DNA from: Macrostomum lignano
Lineage: Eukaryota
Assembly (NCBI GenBank): GCA_002269645.1
Contig: NIVC01002456.1
Span: 664-64,663 of the forward strand
Direction of reading: 5' to 3'
DNA: 64,000 nucleotides
The translations under genes were made by a program, and so were the position numbers. Positions 13,506-27,200 of the stretch are shown here, one piece after another. Every line of letters starts with the position of its first letter. Positions within the stretch are counted from its first letter, which is position 1. The notes below the pieces were generated by a model. It searched no databases, was not told the origin of the DNA, and saw only the letters and a program-made list of their open reading frames with translations.

Positions 13506-13932
13506 GGCCGTCTGTCTTACGTGTAATGTCTGTACTTCATAGTGTCTGCCTCTCTGTCTGTCTGTACATGCATTTCTGCCTGCTTTATTAACGTCTGCAT
13601 GATCTAGTGTCGCGGTCTGCTTGTGTCTGTACATGTATAGTGTCTAGTGTATCATAGTGTCTGTCTGCCTACCTGTACGCGGACAGTACGTGTATCTTAG
13701 GAGCTTACCAGTAGATCATAAACAATCTAAATCGTTCAGAGTCGAATTTTATTTTTTTAAATTGCGATATACACGACTCGTATATACAGTATTAAATTAC
13801 ATTGGAAGCATGCAAGCAATCCAGTTTACCCAACTAACGCGATTTCGCTACACAATAAATACAAAATTAGCCTGTATCATAGGCGTGGACTCAATTCACA
13901 GTGCGTCATGAATTGCGTTTGTCGAATTCTAG

Positions 13933-14700
13933 TTGTCTGTCTGCCTGTCTGTCCGTCCGCCTGTCCTGATGTGTCTGTCTGTCTGTCTGTCTGGCCGTCC
14001 GTCTGTCTGTCCGTTCGTCTGTCGGTCTGTCTGTCCGGCTGTCTGTCTGTCTGTCCGCCTGTCCTGCTGTGTCTGTCTGTCTGTCTGTCTGTCTGTCTGG
14101 CCGTCCGTCTGTCTGTCTGTCCGGCTGTCTGTCTGTCTGGCCGGTTGTTTGTCTGTCTGTCTATCTGTCTGTCTGTCTGTCTATCTGTCTGTCTGTCTAT
14201 CTGTCTGTCTGTCCGTCCGTCTGTCTGTCCGGCTGTCTGTCTGTCTGTCCGTCCGTCTGTCGGTCTGTCTGTCCGGCTGTCTGTCTGTCTGTCCGTCTGT
14301 CGGTCTGTCTGTCCGGCTGTCTGTCTGTCTGTCCGTCTGTCGGTCTGTCTGTCCGGCTGTCTGTCTGCCTGTCTGTCTGTCTGTCCGCCTGTCCTGCTGT
14401 GTCTGTCTGTCTGTCTGTCTGTCTGGCCGTCCGTCTGTCTGTCTGTCCGGCTGTCTGTCTGTCTGGCCGGTTGTTTGTCTGTCTGTCTATCTGTCTGTCT
14501 GTCTGTCTATCTGTCTGTCTGTCTATCTGTCTGTCTGTCCGTCCGTCTGTCTGTCCGGCTGTCTGTCTGTCTGTCCGTCCGTCTGTCGGTCTGTCTGTCC
14601 GGCTGTCTGTCTGTCTGTCCGTCTGTCGGTCTGTCTGTCCGGCTGTCTGTCTGTCTGTCCGTCTGTCGGTCTGTCTGTCCGGCTGTCTGTCTGCCTGTCC
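13933..14700. repeat. Compound (GTCT/GTCC)n array with block duplications
   Basis: Direct observation. Confidence 0.95.
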
Positions 14701-14797
14701 ATGTGTAACACTGAAGCTACATGAATATAGAAACTGTAAATATGATTTTAAACCGCTAGTGCAAAAATCGTTTCTGCCGAACCGAATAGCAGCAGTT

Positions 14798-14828
<31 letters not shown>

Positions 14829-15247
14829 CACGCACTACAAACCTCTTCCTGCAATGCCTGGATGGAAATGACCCGGATTAACTTACTAGCCCCTAAATCC
14901 CTGTTTTGAGTCTCCCAACTGTGCAAAGCTAGTCCCACTACTTCCTTTGAAGTGGCCGCTTATCTGAGTGAGCTTGGGGTCTGAACTGAACGAACACAAA
15001 CAAGCCATCAGAACTGGATTTTAATTCCTAAATATACTTCGCGTCTGCCTACATGATCTGCGGTATCTAAGGCGGTTAGTTAACATCCCATATAGTAGAG
15101 TAAAATAGCCTTTCTTTGAAAAGCGACTCCAGCTAGCTAGATAGAGTAGGTTAGCTTAGCTTGCATATATGTTATTATCATATTAGCTTCCTTAATGTGC
15201 CTTTTCAATCTCAATTCTTTTGATCCTGAAAGTGTCAATTCAGGAGA

Positions 15248-15572
15248 GAGGAGTGGGGGAAGGAATTTTCTATTAGTGTACATTCAGGACAGAAGAGTGG
15301 GGGAAGGAATTTCTAATAGTGTACATTCAGGACCGAAGAGTGGGGAAGGAATTTCTAATAGTGTACATTCAAGACAAGAGGAGTGGGGGAAGGAATTTCT
15401 AATAGTGTACATTCAGGACCGAAGAGTGGGGAAGGAATTTCTAATAGTGTACATTCAGGACCGAAGAGTGGGGAAGGAATTTCTAATAGTGTACATTCAG
15501 GACCGAAGAGTGGGGAAGGAATTTCTAATAGTGTACATTCAAGACAAGAGGAGTGGGGGAAGGAATTTTCTA
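15248..15572. repeat. 42-bp minisatellite (gtgtacattcaggaccgaagagtggggaaggaatttctaata), ~7 copies
   Basis: Direct periodicity; 14-aa periodic pseudo-ORFs. Confidence 0.93.
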
Positions 15573-16044
15573 CTATAGTGTACAATATAAATATGAATAA
15601 ACAAATCAAATAAAAAACCATTAAGATTGAAATGGCCCTAAAAGAACTGTCAGAATTGTGTAAGTTTACAGGCGAGCAAGGCTAATAAAAATTATTATAT
15701 ACTCCTTTCTACACCAATCGTTCCACTTATATATTATAATAACAAAATAAGCGCTACAACTATTGTAAGCATTGCAACATTACAAAAAACCATTTGTCGC
15801 ATAAATTTTTTTGTTCTTAAACGAAATAATAAGAAAAAACAACAAGACAGTTAAACGCCGTAACAGGAGAGCAATTTGAAAGTAACAGAGTAAATTGTAC
15901 AAAGCATTCTATGGCTGAAAGATGCACTACCAGAGGCAGAGTACTCGTACACAAGCAAAGAGATCATCGCGTTTATGAACATTGACAGAATAAAAGAGAA
16001 TTAGCAAGTGTTATTAAAAAAGTACAGTTTTTTCATGTAGGAGA

Positions 16045-17252
16045 TTAGATGCACACAAGAGATGAGAGAGTAGATGCACACGAGAGATGAGAGAGTGGAT
16101 GCACACGAGAGATGAGAGAGTAGATTCACACAAGAGATAATAGAGTAGATGGAGACAGGAGACGAGAGTAGATGGAGATAGGAGATGACAGTAGATGGAG
16201 ATAGGAGATTAGAGTAGATGGAGATAGGAGATTAGAGTAGATGGAGATACGAGACGAGAGTAGATGGAGATAGGAGATGACAGTAGATGGAGATAGGAGA
16301 TGACAGTAGATGGAGATAGGAGATGACAGTAGATGGAGATAGGAGATGAGAATAGATGGAGATAGGAGATGACAGTAGATGGAGATAGGAGATGACAGTA
16401 GATGGAGATAGGAGATGAGAATAGATGGAGATAGGAGATGACAGTAGATGGAGATAGGAGATTAGAGTAGATGGAGATAGGAGATTAGAGTAGATGGAGA
16501 TACGAGACGAGAGTAGATGGAGATAGGAGATGACAGTAGATGGAGATAGGATATTAGAGTAGATGGAGATAGGAGATTAGAGTAGATGGAGATAGGAGAT
16601 TAGAGTAGATGGAGATACGAGACGAGAGTAGATGGAGATAGGAGATGACAGTAGATGGAGATAGGAGATGACAGTAGATGGAGATAGGAGATGAGAATAG
16701 ATGGAGATAGGAGATGACAGTAGATGGAGATAGGAGATGAGAATAGATGGAGATAGGAGATGACAGTAGATGGAGATAGGAGATGAGAATAGATGGAGAT
16801 AGGAGATGACAGTAGATGGAGATAGGAGATGAGAATAGATGGAGATAGGAGATGACAGTAGATGGAGATAGGAGATGAGAATAGATGGAGATAGGAGATG
16901 ACAGTAGATGGAGATAGGAGATTAGAGTAGATGGAGATAGGAGATTAGAGTAGATGGAGATACGAGACGAGAGTAGATGGAGATAGGAGATGACAGTAGA
17001 TGGAGATAGGAGATGACAGTAGATGGAGATAGGAGATGAGAATAGATGGAGATAGGAGATGACAGTAGATGGAGATAGGAGATGACAGTAGATGGAGATA
17101 GGAGATGAGAATAGATGGAGATAGGAGATGACAGTAGATGGAGATAGGAGATGAGAATAGATGGAGATAGAAGATGACAGTAGATGGAGATAGGAGATGA
17201 CAGTAGATGGAGATAGGAGATGAGAATAGATGGAGATAGATGACAGTAGATG
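16045..17252. repeat. 23-bp purine-rich minisatellite (gtagatggagataggagatgaca)
   Basis: Direct periodicity with variants. Confidence 0.95.
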
Positions 17253-17849
17253 ATTAAGCACACATAAGCACAAATTAGGAAGCAGTTTTCAACACGCCAA
17301 CGCAGGCGAGAATGTCTTGTAAATTTTATACTATGCATCACGCAGTTTAAAGTACAAGACGCACTTTGAAAAAAAATTAGTGGCAAAACAAAGCTGTATT
17401 CAATATGGTAACAAAACTTTAAACCATGATCCGTGCCGCACTGCACAGCTTCGAACTAGCATGCATAGAAGATGTGGAAAGCAGAAACGCAACTATAAAA
17501 TAGTTTGAATAATTTATTTATATACGATACGACAAATAATTTAGCGTAAACAACCTTCTCTAAAACAAAGCATTATTGTATTATTTATAATACAACGGAA
17601 ACGCAAAACCATAAAAAGCGCATGCACAAATAAAATTGAAAAATATTCTTTTATTGGGAAAAAAATTATGTACTCAAAGGGCATTCAATCCTCTCTTTAA
17701 GTATTTGAGATAAGGGACACATTAAATCATCGCTTAGGCCTTCAGGTAATACGGATGTACGCATTGAAAAACCATTAGATTATTTTATGAGATTTGGAAA
17801 TGATTACAAATGAACTAGGGAGGAATTAGGAAATGATTATGGAGGGATT

Positions 17850-19350
17850 CGGAAGGGATTAAGGAAGGATGCGGAAGGGATTAAGGAAGGATTAGGAAGG
17901 GATTAAGGAAGGATCAGGAAGGGATTAAGGAAGGATTAGAAAGGGATTAAGGAGGAATCAGGAAGGGATTAAGGAGGGATTAGAAAGGGATTGAGGAGGG
18001 ATTAGAAAGGGATTAAGGAGGAATCAGGAAGGGATTAAGGAGGGATTAGAAAGGGATTAAGGAGGAATCAGGAAGGGATTAAGGAGGGATTAGAAAGGGA
18101 TTGAGGAGGGATTAGAAAGGGATTAAGGAGGAATCAGGAAGGGATTAAGGAGGGATTAGAAAGGGATTAAGGAGGAATCAGGAAGGGATTAAGGAGGGAT
18201 TAGAAAGGGATTAAGGAGGGATTAGGAAGGGATTAAGGAAGGATCAGGAAGGGATTAAGGAAGGATTAGAAAGGGATTAAGGAGGAATCAGGAAGGGATT
18301 AAGGAGGGATTAGAAAGGGATTGAGGAGGGATTAGAAAGGGATTAAGGAGGAATCAGGAAGGGATTAAGGAGGGATTAGAAAGGGATTAAGGAGGAATCA
18401 GGAAGGGATTAAGGAGGGATTAGAAAGGGATTGAGGAGGGATTAGAAAGGGATTAAGGAGGAATCAGGAAGGGATTAAGGAGGGATTAGAAAGGGATTAA
18501 GGAGGAATCAGGAAGGGATTAAGGAGGGATTAGAAAGGGATTAAGGAGGGATTAGGAAGGGATTAAGGAAGGATCAGGAAGGGATTAAGGAAGGATTAGA
18601 AAGGGATTAAGGAGGAATCAGGAAGGGATTAAGGAGGGATTAGAAAGGGATTGAGGAGGGATTAGAAAGGGATTAAGGAGGAATCAGGAAGGGATTAAGG
18701 AGGGATTAGAAAGGGATTAAGGAGGAATCAGGAAGGGATTAAGGAGGGATTAGAAAGGGATTGAGGAGGGATTAGAAAGGGATTAAGGAGGAATCAGGAA
18801 GGGATTAAGGAGGGATTAGAAAGGGATTAAGGAGGAATCAGGAAGGGATTAAGGAGGGATTAGAAAGGGATTAAGGAGGGATTAGAAAGGGATTAAGGAG
18901 GGATTAGAAAGGGATTAAGGAGGAATCAGGAAGGGATTAAGGAGGGATTCGGAAGGGATTAAGGAGGGATAAGAATAGGATTAAGGAGGGATCAGGAAGG
19001 GATTAAGGAGGGATTAGAAAGGGATTAAGGAGGGATTAGAAAGGGATTAAGGAGGAATCAGGAAGGTATTAAGGAGGGATTCGGAAGGGATTAAGGAGGG
19101 ATAAGAATAGGATTAAGGAGGGATCAGGAAGGGATTAAGGAGGGATTAGAAAGGGATTAAGGAGGAATCAGGAAGGTATTAAGGAGGGATTCGGAAGGGA
19201 TTAAGGAGGGATAAGAATAGGATTAAGGAGGGATCAGGAAGGGATTAAGGAGGGATTAGAAAGGGATTAAGGAGGAATCAGGAAGGGATCAAGGAGGGAT
19301 TAGAAAGGGATTAAGGAGGGATTTGGAAAGGATTAAGGAGGGATAAGGAA
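17850..19350. repeat. 11-bp purine-rich satellite (gggattaagga variants) with 330-bp higher-order repeat
   Basis: The same diagnostic block recurs at 17881, 18211 and 18541. Confidence 0.93.
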
Positions 19351-20439
19351 GATATTCGGGAGACTACTAAAGAATTAGGAAGCGCTTAAATACTCGGTCA
19401 GCAAGAAGCAGACTACATGGATGCAAACACAGTTAAAGCAAAACTCATAACCACTAATAATTGCATTATAGCATGCAGTTCATATTAACAAACTACACAA
19501 AATCGTTTGTTTTTCAACTTTGAAAGCGGTACAGAGATTCGACAGCTAAATTAATTACAACTTTTGGGACAAACCTTTGCAATAATTAAAACCGAAACAT
19601 ATTACAGTTTACAGATCAAACATACAGTTTTGGATCTTTTAGTGAAATATTATTAGTGCAATAAAACAACTATTATTACTAAGATATAAGACTAGATATT
19701 GCAGTTAAAAAGATATAAGATCAGTAAAGTAAACAGTTATTGCTCAGTAAATCAAGCTTTAATGATTTATTTATAACAAATAGTTAAGAGATAAAAGCAG
19801 AGGCGTGCATTCAGAATTCTCTTTGCCGTATGTGCCTGTATACAAATCGAAATATCTATTTTTGCCTTACTAACAGAAAAAGATTGCCATTAAAAATGAG
19901 GTTGCAAACACACAATATTGCAATTTTAATTATAAAGAGTTTTACTATAGATATAATTGAGGATCAGGTAGAAAAAAGTGACAAAGAGGTCAGGAAAAAA
20001 GACTCCTGAAAATTCGAAATAAAATATTTGAGATTATTTGTTAATTGTTACAATTTTTAAACCTTGTAAATAAAAAATAATATTAATAAAATAATAATTT
20101 GGTCATTGCATACGGTTTACACAAGCTAATTAATCTAAGAATCTGCTGATTAAAACTGATCATTCTGTTGTCAAAGATATCCAATTCGACCAGGAAAGGT
20201 CAAACAAAAGAAAAAATCAATTAGCAATCCAATTTTCTACAGTAATTGTTAAAAGAAAACATTGTTGCCATTAGTTCGGCTTTCTAAGAATTTCTCCAAG
20301 CTTTTTTAAATATTGGCAGATTTTTTTTCTGGAAACCGTTGACGCGTTTCTTAGAAATTTTTACACCAGTTTTTTATTTTGAGCCTCTTTATAAAACCGT
20401 GTTTGTTTCTTAGAAACAGCCTTGGAAACTAACAGGAAA

Positions 20440-21100
20440 ATAACCGACGTTTCCTGGAAACTATCGTAGAGGTTGTTTCTTAGAAAATTGAACCAGGTTC
20501 TATAAAACCAAGTTAACTATATCAACATTTCTTGGAAACTAAATCGACATCTTAGAAACCATATCAACATTTCTTGGAATCCATATTGACATTTCTTAGA
20601 AACTAAATCGAAATTTCTTAAACTATATTAACATTTCTTAGAAACTATACCAAAATTTCATAGAAACCATATCGATGTTTCTTAGAAACTATATCAACAT
20701 TTCTTAGAAACCATATCAAAATTTCATTGAAACCATATCGATATATCTTAGAAACTATATCAACATTTCTTAGAAACCATATCGACATTTCTTAGAAACC
20801 ATATCGAAATTTCTTAGAAACCATATCGACATTTCTTAGAAACCATATCGAAATTTCTTAGAAACCATATTAACATTTCTTAAAAACTATATAAAAATTT
20901 CATAGAAACCATATCGATATTTCTTAGAAACTATATTAACATTTCTGAGAAAATATATAAACGTTTCTTAGAAAGCAACATCGATGTATCTTAGAAAGCA
21001 TATTAACGCATAACGCAAACAACACTGTTTCTTAGAAACTAAACTCATGTTTTAAAAACTATTTATTATCTTAGAATCGATACCGGTGTTTCTGAGAAAC
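20440..21100. repeat. Degenerate ~21-bp minisatellite (atttcttagaaaccatatcga)
   Basis: Recurrent ttcttagaaa core, just downstream of the MAP4K stop. Confidence 0.88.
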
Positions 21101-21212
21101 GTCTTATCTTAGACCTTTTCCCTAAATTTTTAAATAAAACACTTTACTAAGTTTCGAAGACAAATAGTTAATCATGCTGTTTAAATTTAAATTTATCATT
21201 CTTAGAAAATAT

Positions 21213-24200
21213 CTAAGCCACAGGGTCGGCTCTGGCGTGGCCGCAGCCAACAATCAGCAGCAGGTCGCAGCTGGCCATCGGGTCGTGCACCGGCCGACGC
21301 TCCAGCACCGGGTTGGGCCCGGCAACGCCGACAAATCGATAAACGTGATCAGGGTCATCAAAACTGTGCAACAGATCCTTATCATTGTTCGCAGTCTTAG
21401 TTGGCTCCGAGTCGAAGCAGCGAGCTTGAAAACCGTGCTTATAAAAGCAGACAACGGCTCGATCTTCTAACGATAGCGCATTCTCGATTGTGAAGCTGAG
21501 AGAGACGGCGCCGCCTAGGGATCGACCATTCGCCGGATGGAACAGTCGCGCCTGGTTGCTATGGCAAACCAGCACGCTGGACAGGTCCAGCTGGGAAACG
21601 CAGGTGGTTTCAACCTGTGCGGAGTTGATTTAAAATTCTTAAGATAAGTTGAGCAACCCATTAGATACCTGCCTGATACCCATTAGATACCTGTCGGAGA
21701 TATCAATTAGATACCTGTTTGAGATACCCATTAGATACCTGTCGGAGATATCAATTAGATACCTGTTTGAGATACCCATTAGATACCTGTCGGAGATATC
21801 AATTAGATACCTGTTTGAGATACCCATTAGATACCTGCCTGATACCCATTACATACCTGTCGGAGATATCAATTAGATACTTGTTTGAGATACACAGTAG
21901 ATACCTGTCTGAGATACCTAGCAGATACCTGTCTGAGATACCCAGTAGATACCTGTCTGAGATACCTAGCAGATACCTGTCTGAGATACCCAGTATATAC
22001 CTGTCTGAGATACCCAGTATATACCTGTCTGAGATACCCATAAGATACCTGTCTAACATACACATAAGACAGCTGTCCGAGATACCCATCAAACACTGTG
22101 ATACCCATTAAGTACTCTGTTACTGGTATTACTGTTAAACAAGCCAAGATGCCATTAGAATTTAGACACCTGTCTGAGATACCTAATAAATACAAGTCCA
22201 AGATTCCTTTTAGAATATATTTACCTGACATATCCATTAGTTACCTAGATCTAAGATACCTCATTAGTTACCCAGATTTGAAATACCCTATTAGTTACCT
22301 AGATGTAAATACCCCGTTAGTTACCTATATCTGAAATACCCCATGAGTTACCTAAATCTGAAATACTCCATTAGTTACCTAGATCTGAAAATACCCCATT
22401 AGTTACCTAGATCTGCAACACCCCATTAGTTACCTAGATCTGAAAATACCTAGATCTGAAAATACCCCATTTACCTAGATCTGCAATACCCCATTAGTTA
22501 CCTAGATCTGAAAATACCCCATTAGTTACCTAGATCTGCAACACCCCATTAGTTAACTAGATCTGCAATACCCCATTAGTTACCTAGATCTGCAATACCC
22601 CATTAGTTACCTAGATCTGCAATACCCCATTAGTTACCTAGATCTGCAATACCCCATTAGTTACCTAGATCTGCAATACCCGAATCAGAAACCCAGTTAA
22701 AGCTACTCAAACAATAATTACCTCCTCATCCAAGCCAGCTGGGTCAGTGGGCCACAGCTCAACCAGTCCATCCAGCCGATTCAAGTCCAGCAATCGAAAC
22801 CGAACGCAGGCCTCATTGCGGCCCTGCAGCACACCGACGCACACAAACGGCAGTTTATAGCCGCTGCGAACAAATAATTCGAATGTCAACAGAGGCTGAG
22901 GCAGATCCGGGCATTGCAGACATTTGTACTCTAGGAAATTTCGCCGCCCATTGTCCCATTGTAGTAGGAGAACTGAATCTGGCATTGCGCAGGCCAGCCA
23001 CCGTTCGGCTGTCTCCGGGTGCTTCCTAGCAGAGACTCGCATGCAGCCTTTGGTGCGGGGAATCTTTGCCGACGGCGGGTTGTTGGCTAGGCGCATGGCA
23101 ACCCGGCCTTTCAGCTGAGGAGTTAAGGATTGGGAATTGCTTTTGTTTGAGTCTGATTATCTTGAGACTCAGGGTGGTCACTCAAGAGACTCAGGGTGGT
23201 CACTCAGAGACTCAGGGTAGTCACTCAGAGACTCAGGGTGGTCACTAAGAGACTCAGGGTGGTCACTCAGAGACTCAGGCTGATCACTCAGACTCAGAGT
23301 GGTCACTCAGAGACTCAGGGTGGTCACTCAAGAGACTCAGGGTGGTCACTCAGAGACTCAGCCAATAGCTAGCCTTACATTGCAGTAAAGTAGAAACTTT
23401 CTATAGGAATAAAAATAGTTTTCAATATATAAATAAAATAAATCTGAAAATAGATATTTACTGTGCTAATAGCATAAAATATCATACATTAGATAACTCA
23501 CTTCCGTCTAACTCTGAACGTTCAATAATTCAGTGAAGGATTAAAGATTCAAATTTAATTGTTTTCGGAGGTACCCACAGAAGCAAGAGAGAGAGAGGGG
23601 AGGAGGGAGAGAGATATGGTATGTTGGGAAAACTCATAAACAGCAAAGCATTCAGCGCCAATTCTTGGTCAAAGCTAATATTCGTTTAGCATAAAATTCT
23701 CCATATGGAGAGAATTATAGGCTGTTTTAAGCCTTTCCAAGAAATCGTAGTGGCTCCTTTGGAGCTTCTGTTAGTGACCCCTGAGCGACTCTCTGAGCCC
23801 CTGAGTGACTCACTGAGCCTCTGAGTGACTCACTGAGCCTCTGAGTGACTCACTGAGCCTCTGAGTGACTCACTGAGCCTCTGAGTGACTCACTGAGCCT
23901 CTGAGTGACTCACTGAGCCTCTGAGTGACTCACTGAGCCTCTGAGTGACTCACTGAGCCTCTGAGTGACTCTCTAAGCCCCTGAGCGACTCTCTGAGCCT
24001 CTGAGTGATTCCCTGAGCTTTCTGAGTCAGATCTGAGTGAATCCCATGAGTCTGAGTGACGGAGTCTCAGTGGCTGGGCGATTGGTGTTAGAGTCCCTGA
24101 GTGACTGGTGTTAAGAGTCCTGGGTGACTGGTGTCAGAGTCCCTGAGTGACTGGTGTTAAGAATCCCTGAGTGACTGGTGTTAGATTCCCTGAGTGACTG

Positions 24201-27200
24201 GTGTTAGAGTCCCTGAGTGACTGGTGTTACAGTCCCTGAGTGACTGGTGTCAGAGTTCTGAGTGACTGGTGTTACAGTCCCTGAGTGACTGGTGTTACAG
24301 TCCCTGAGTGACTGGTGTCAGAGTCCCTGAGTGACTGGTGTAACAGATCAATCAAGCCAGAAGCTCCTTACCCGAGACCTGGAATCCGCCGGGAACAATA
24401 ACGACAAGTCGTGTCTGTACAGTTGCGGGTGGCGGCCAGACAGAGACACCAGCACGCCTCTATAGACAAACAACCACAGGCAGCGCTGACGAACCAGCAG
24501 CACCATAGCCGGAGCAGCTTGTAGACGCTGATTCAAGCTTAAACTATAAATACCTTCGTTAGCGCCAATCAGCAGTACAGATTCGTTCCGAGGCGACGTC
24601 CATTTTGCTACAGCGTTGATTTTTAATGGACAATCATCGAATATTTTGCTGAGACCGCTGCCCAGTCTCAGGGGCCGGTGAGGCGGCTGAGCAGCAATCG
24701 GATCCGAGCACTGATGCTGATGTAGCAACTGATTGACAGCCATAATTTGCGTCGGTAGCTCCTGATTAGGCTCAGATTTTGGCCGGGGTAGCAGCGGAGT
24801 TGACGGATGCTGCTGGGTTGGCGTTGATGGCGGCGTTGGCGGAGCCGGCTCGACCGCTGCGACCGGGTTCTGGAAGGCCGCACAATGAGTGAAACCGCGT
24901 ATTGTTTTGAAGTACAGTAAGTACTATTAATCAAGTGTGAATGATTGATTGTCTTACAGAGTTAGTCAAAGTCGATGTGTCGCCGTTGCAACTAGCCAGA
25001 ATGGTTGGTTGAGTGTCTCTACAAATGCGAAATGCGACGTACCGGACTATACTTGAGTGTAGTCAATGGTGATACTCAATAGTGTCCAAAGTGATACTTC
25101 AGTAGTCAGAGGTTGTGCTTAACAAATGTCCGAGATGATACTCAAAGACTGTCCGAGATGATACTCAGACTGTCCGAGATGATACTCAAACTGTCCGAGA
25201 TGATACTCAGACTGTCCGATATGATACTCAGACTGTCCGAGATGATACTCCAAGATTGTCCGAGATGATACTCCAAGACTGTCCGAGATGATACTCAGAC
25301 TGTCCGAGATGATACTCAGACTGTCCGAGATGATACTGAGACTGTCCGATATGATACTGAGACTGTCCGATATGATACTAAGACTGTCCGAGATGATACT
25401 AGGACTGTCCGAGATGATACTAAGACTGTCCGAGATGATGCTCAAAGATTGTCAGAGATGCTATCTAAAGACTGTCCGATATGATACTTGAAGACTGTCC
25501 GAGAATATATTTAGACTTCCAAATGTACATGTTACTCAGAAATTATAAAATGATACTCAAAGGCTATCTAAATTAATATAATACTTAAAAGTCAAGAGAA
25601 TGCGTTTTCTAAAATAAAATAATGTACAGAATTGTCTCTACAGCCAGCCAACTCACCCGCAAAACCAGGCTCGCTTGTCGTTGAATTTTCTCTGTCTCAA
25701 CCTCTGGACAAGCAGTGCGCTGTTGGATGGAAGAGGCGATGGCTCACTGAATACTCACTTTTCATATCTGTCCTTTAATACTCATCTCGTCTATCGAGTC
25801 TCTAACTTCTCATCTAGCCTCACTTCTTATCTCCCCTATCATCTCATCTAGCCTCACTTCTTATCGCCCCTATCATCTCATCTAGCCTCACTTCTTATCT
25901 CCCCTATCATCTCATCCTGCCTCACTTCTTATCTACCCTATCATCTCATCTAGCCTCACTTCTTATCTCCCCTATCATCTCATCTAGCCTCACTTCTTAT
26001 CTCCCCTATCATCTCATCCTGCCTCACTTCTTATCTACCCTATCATCTCATCTAGCCTCACTTCTTATCTCCCCTATCATCTCATCTAGCCTCACTTTTT
26101 ATCTCCCCTATCATCTCATCTAACCCTACTTCGAATCTTATCTCAACTCACTTGTCATCTCATCTCATTTCCCCTCACTTCTCATCTCATCCCATTTCCC
26201 CTCACTTCTCATCTTATTTCCCCTCACTTCTCATCTTATCTCCCCTCACTTCTCCTATCCTCACGCTCCTTTGTCTTCAATTTAATTTTCCTTCACACAA
26301 TCAGCTTACCTCCTTCCTGATCTATGCCAGGTAAGCGCATGTAATATTACAGCCATAATAAGAAACGTCAAATAATAATACTCTAGCCCGACCTGTCCAA
26401 TTAAATAATTATAATCCCAAGGGACAGGTGTTGTAAGACAAAATTACTCCCATGTCAGAGGAAGACTAGGCTCTCAGCGTAATTAGATGCTAGCACACAA
26501 GAAGCATATGTTTAGACATATGCAAGTCAGATAAACAAGCTCGCAAGTCTTAGGAGAGTGTAACAAACATGACGAAACTAATTGGGCATCCGGATGAGGA
26601 ACTGGTGCAGACATTGAAAACACAGGCTTGGACACAAATCGACACGAGCATATTGTATATTTAGCCCGTTGAGTAGTAGATATGCATTAGGGCTGACTGC
26701 TCATTAACTATGGCTGGGTGGGACAGACAGAAGGGGCCCACCGCTGGAAATGAACTGCTCAGGACTGCGTGCTTGTGAACCACTTGTTATGGGATGGCTG
26801 TCTCCCACTTACTGCCTTAATGCTGTAGTATTTGTGCGTGCCGGTCAGTGAGTCAGTGGGTCAGTGAGTCAGTCAGTGAGTCAGTCAGTGAGTCAGTGGG
26901 TCAGTGAGTCAGTTAGTGAGTCAGTGAGTCAGTCAATGAGTCAGTGAGTCAGTGAGTCAGTCAGTGAGTCAGTGGGTCAGTGAGTCAGTTAGTGAGTCAG
27001 TCAGTGAGTCAGTCAGTCAGTCAGTGAGTCAGTTAGTGAGTCAGTCAGTGAGTCAGTCAGTGAGTCAGTGAGTCAGTGAGTCAGTTAGTGAGTCAGTCAG
27101 TGAGTCAGTCAGTGAGTCAGTGAGTCAGTCAGTGGGTCAGTGAGTCAGTGGGTCAGTGAGTCAGTGAGTCTGTGAGTCAGTCAGTGGGTCAGTGAGTCAG

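Noticed and set aside
17850-19350. Interstitial telomeric repeat
   Set aside because: Contains TTAGGA/TTAGAA/TTAAGG but not tandem TTAGGG; the period is 11 bp.
26380-26842. Possible solo LTR or SINE body next to the GTCA array
   Set aside because: No TG..CA/TSD pair, pol III boxes or second copy could be identified.
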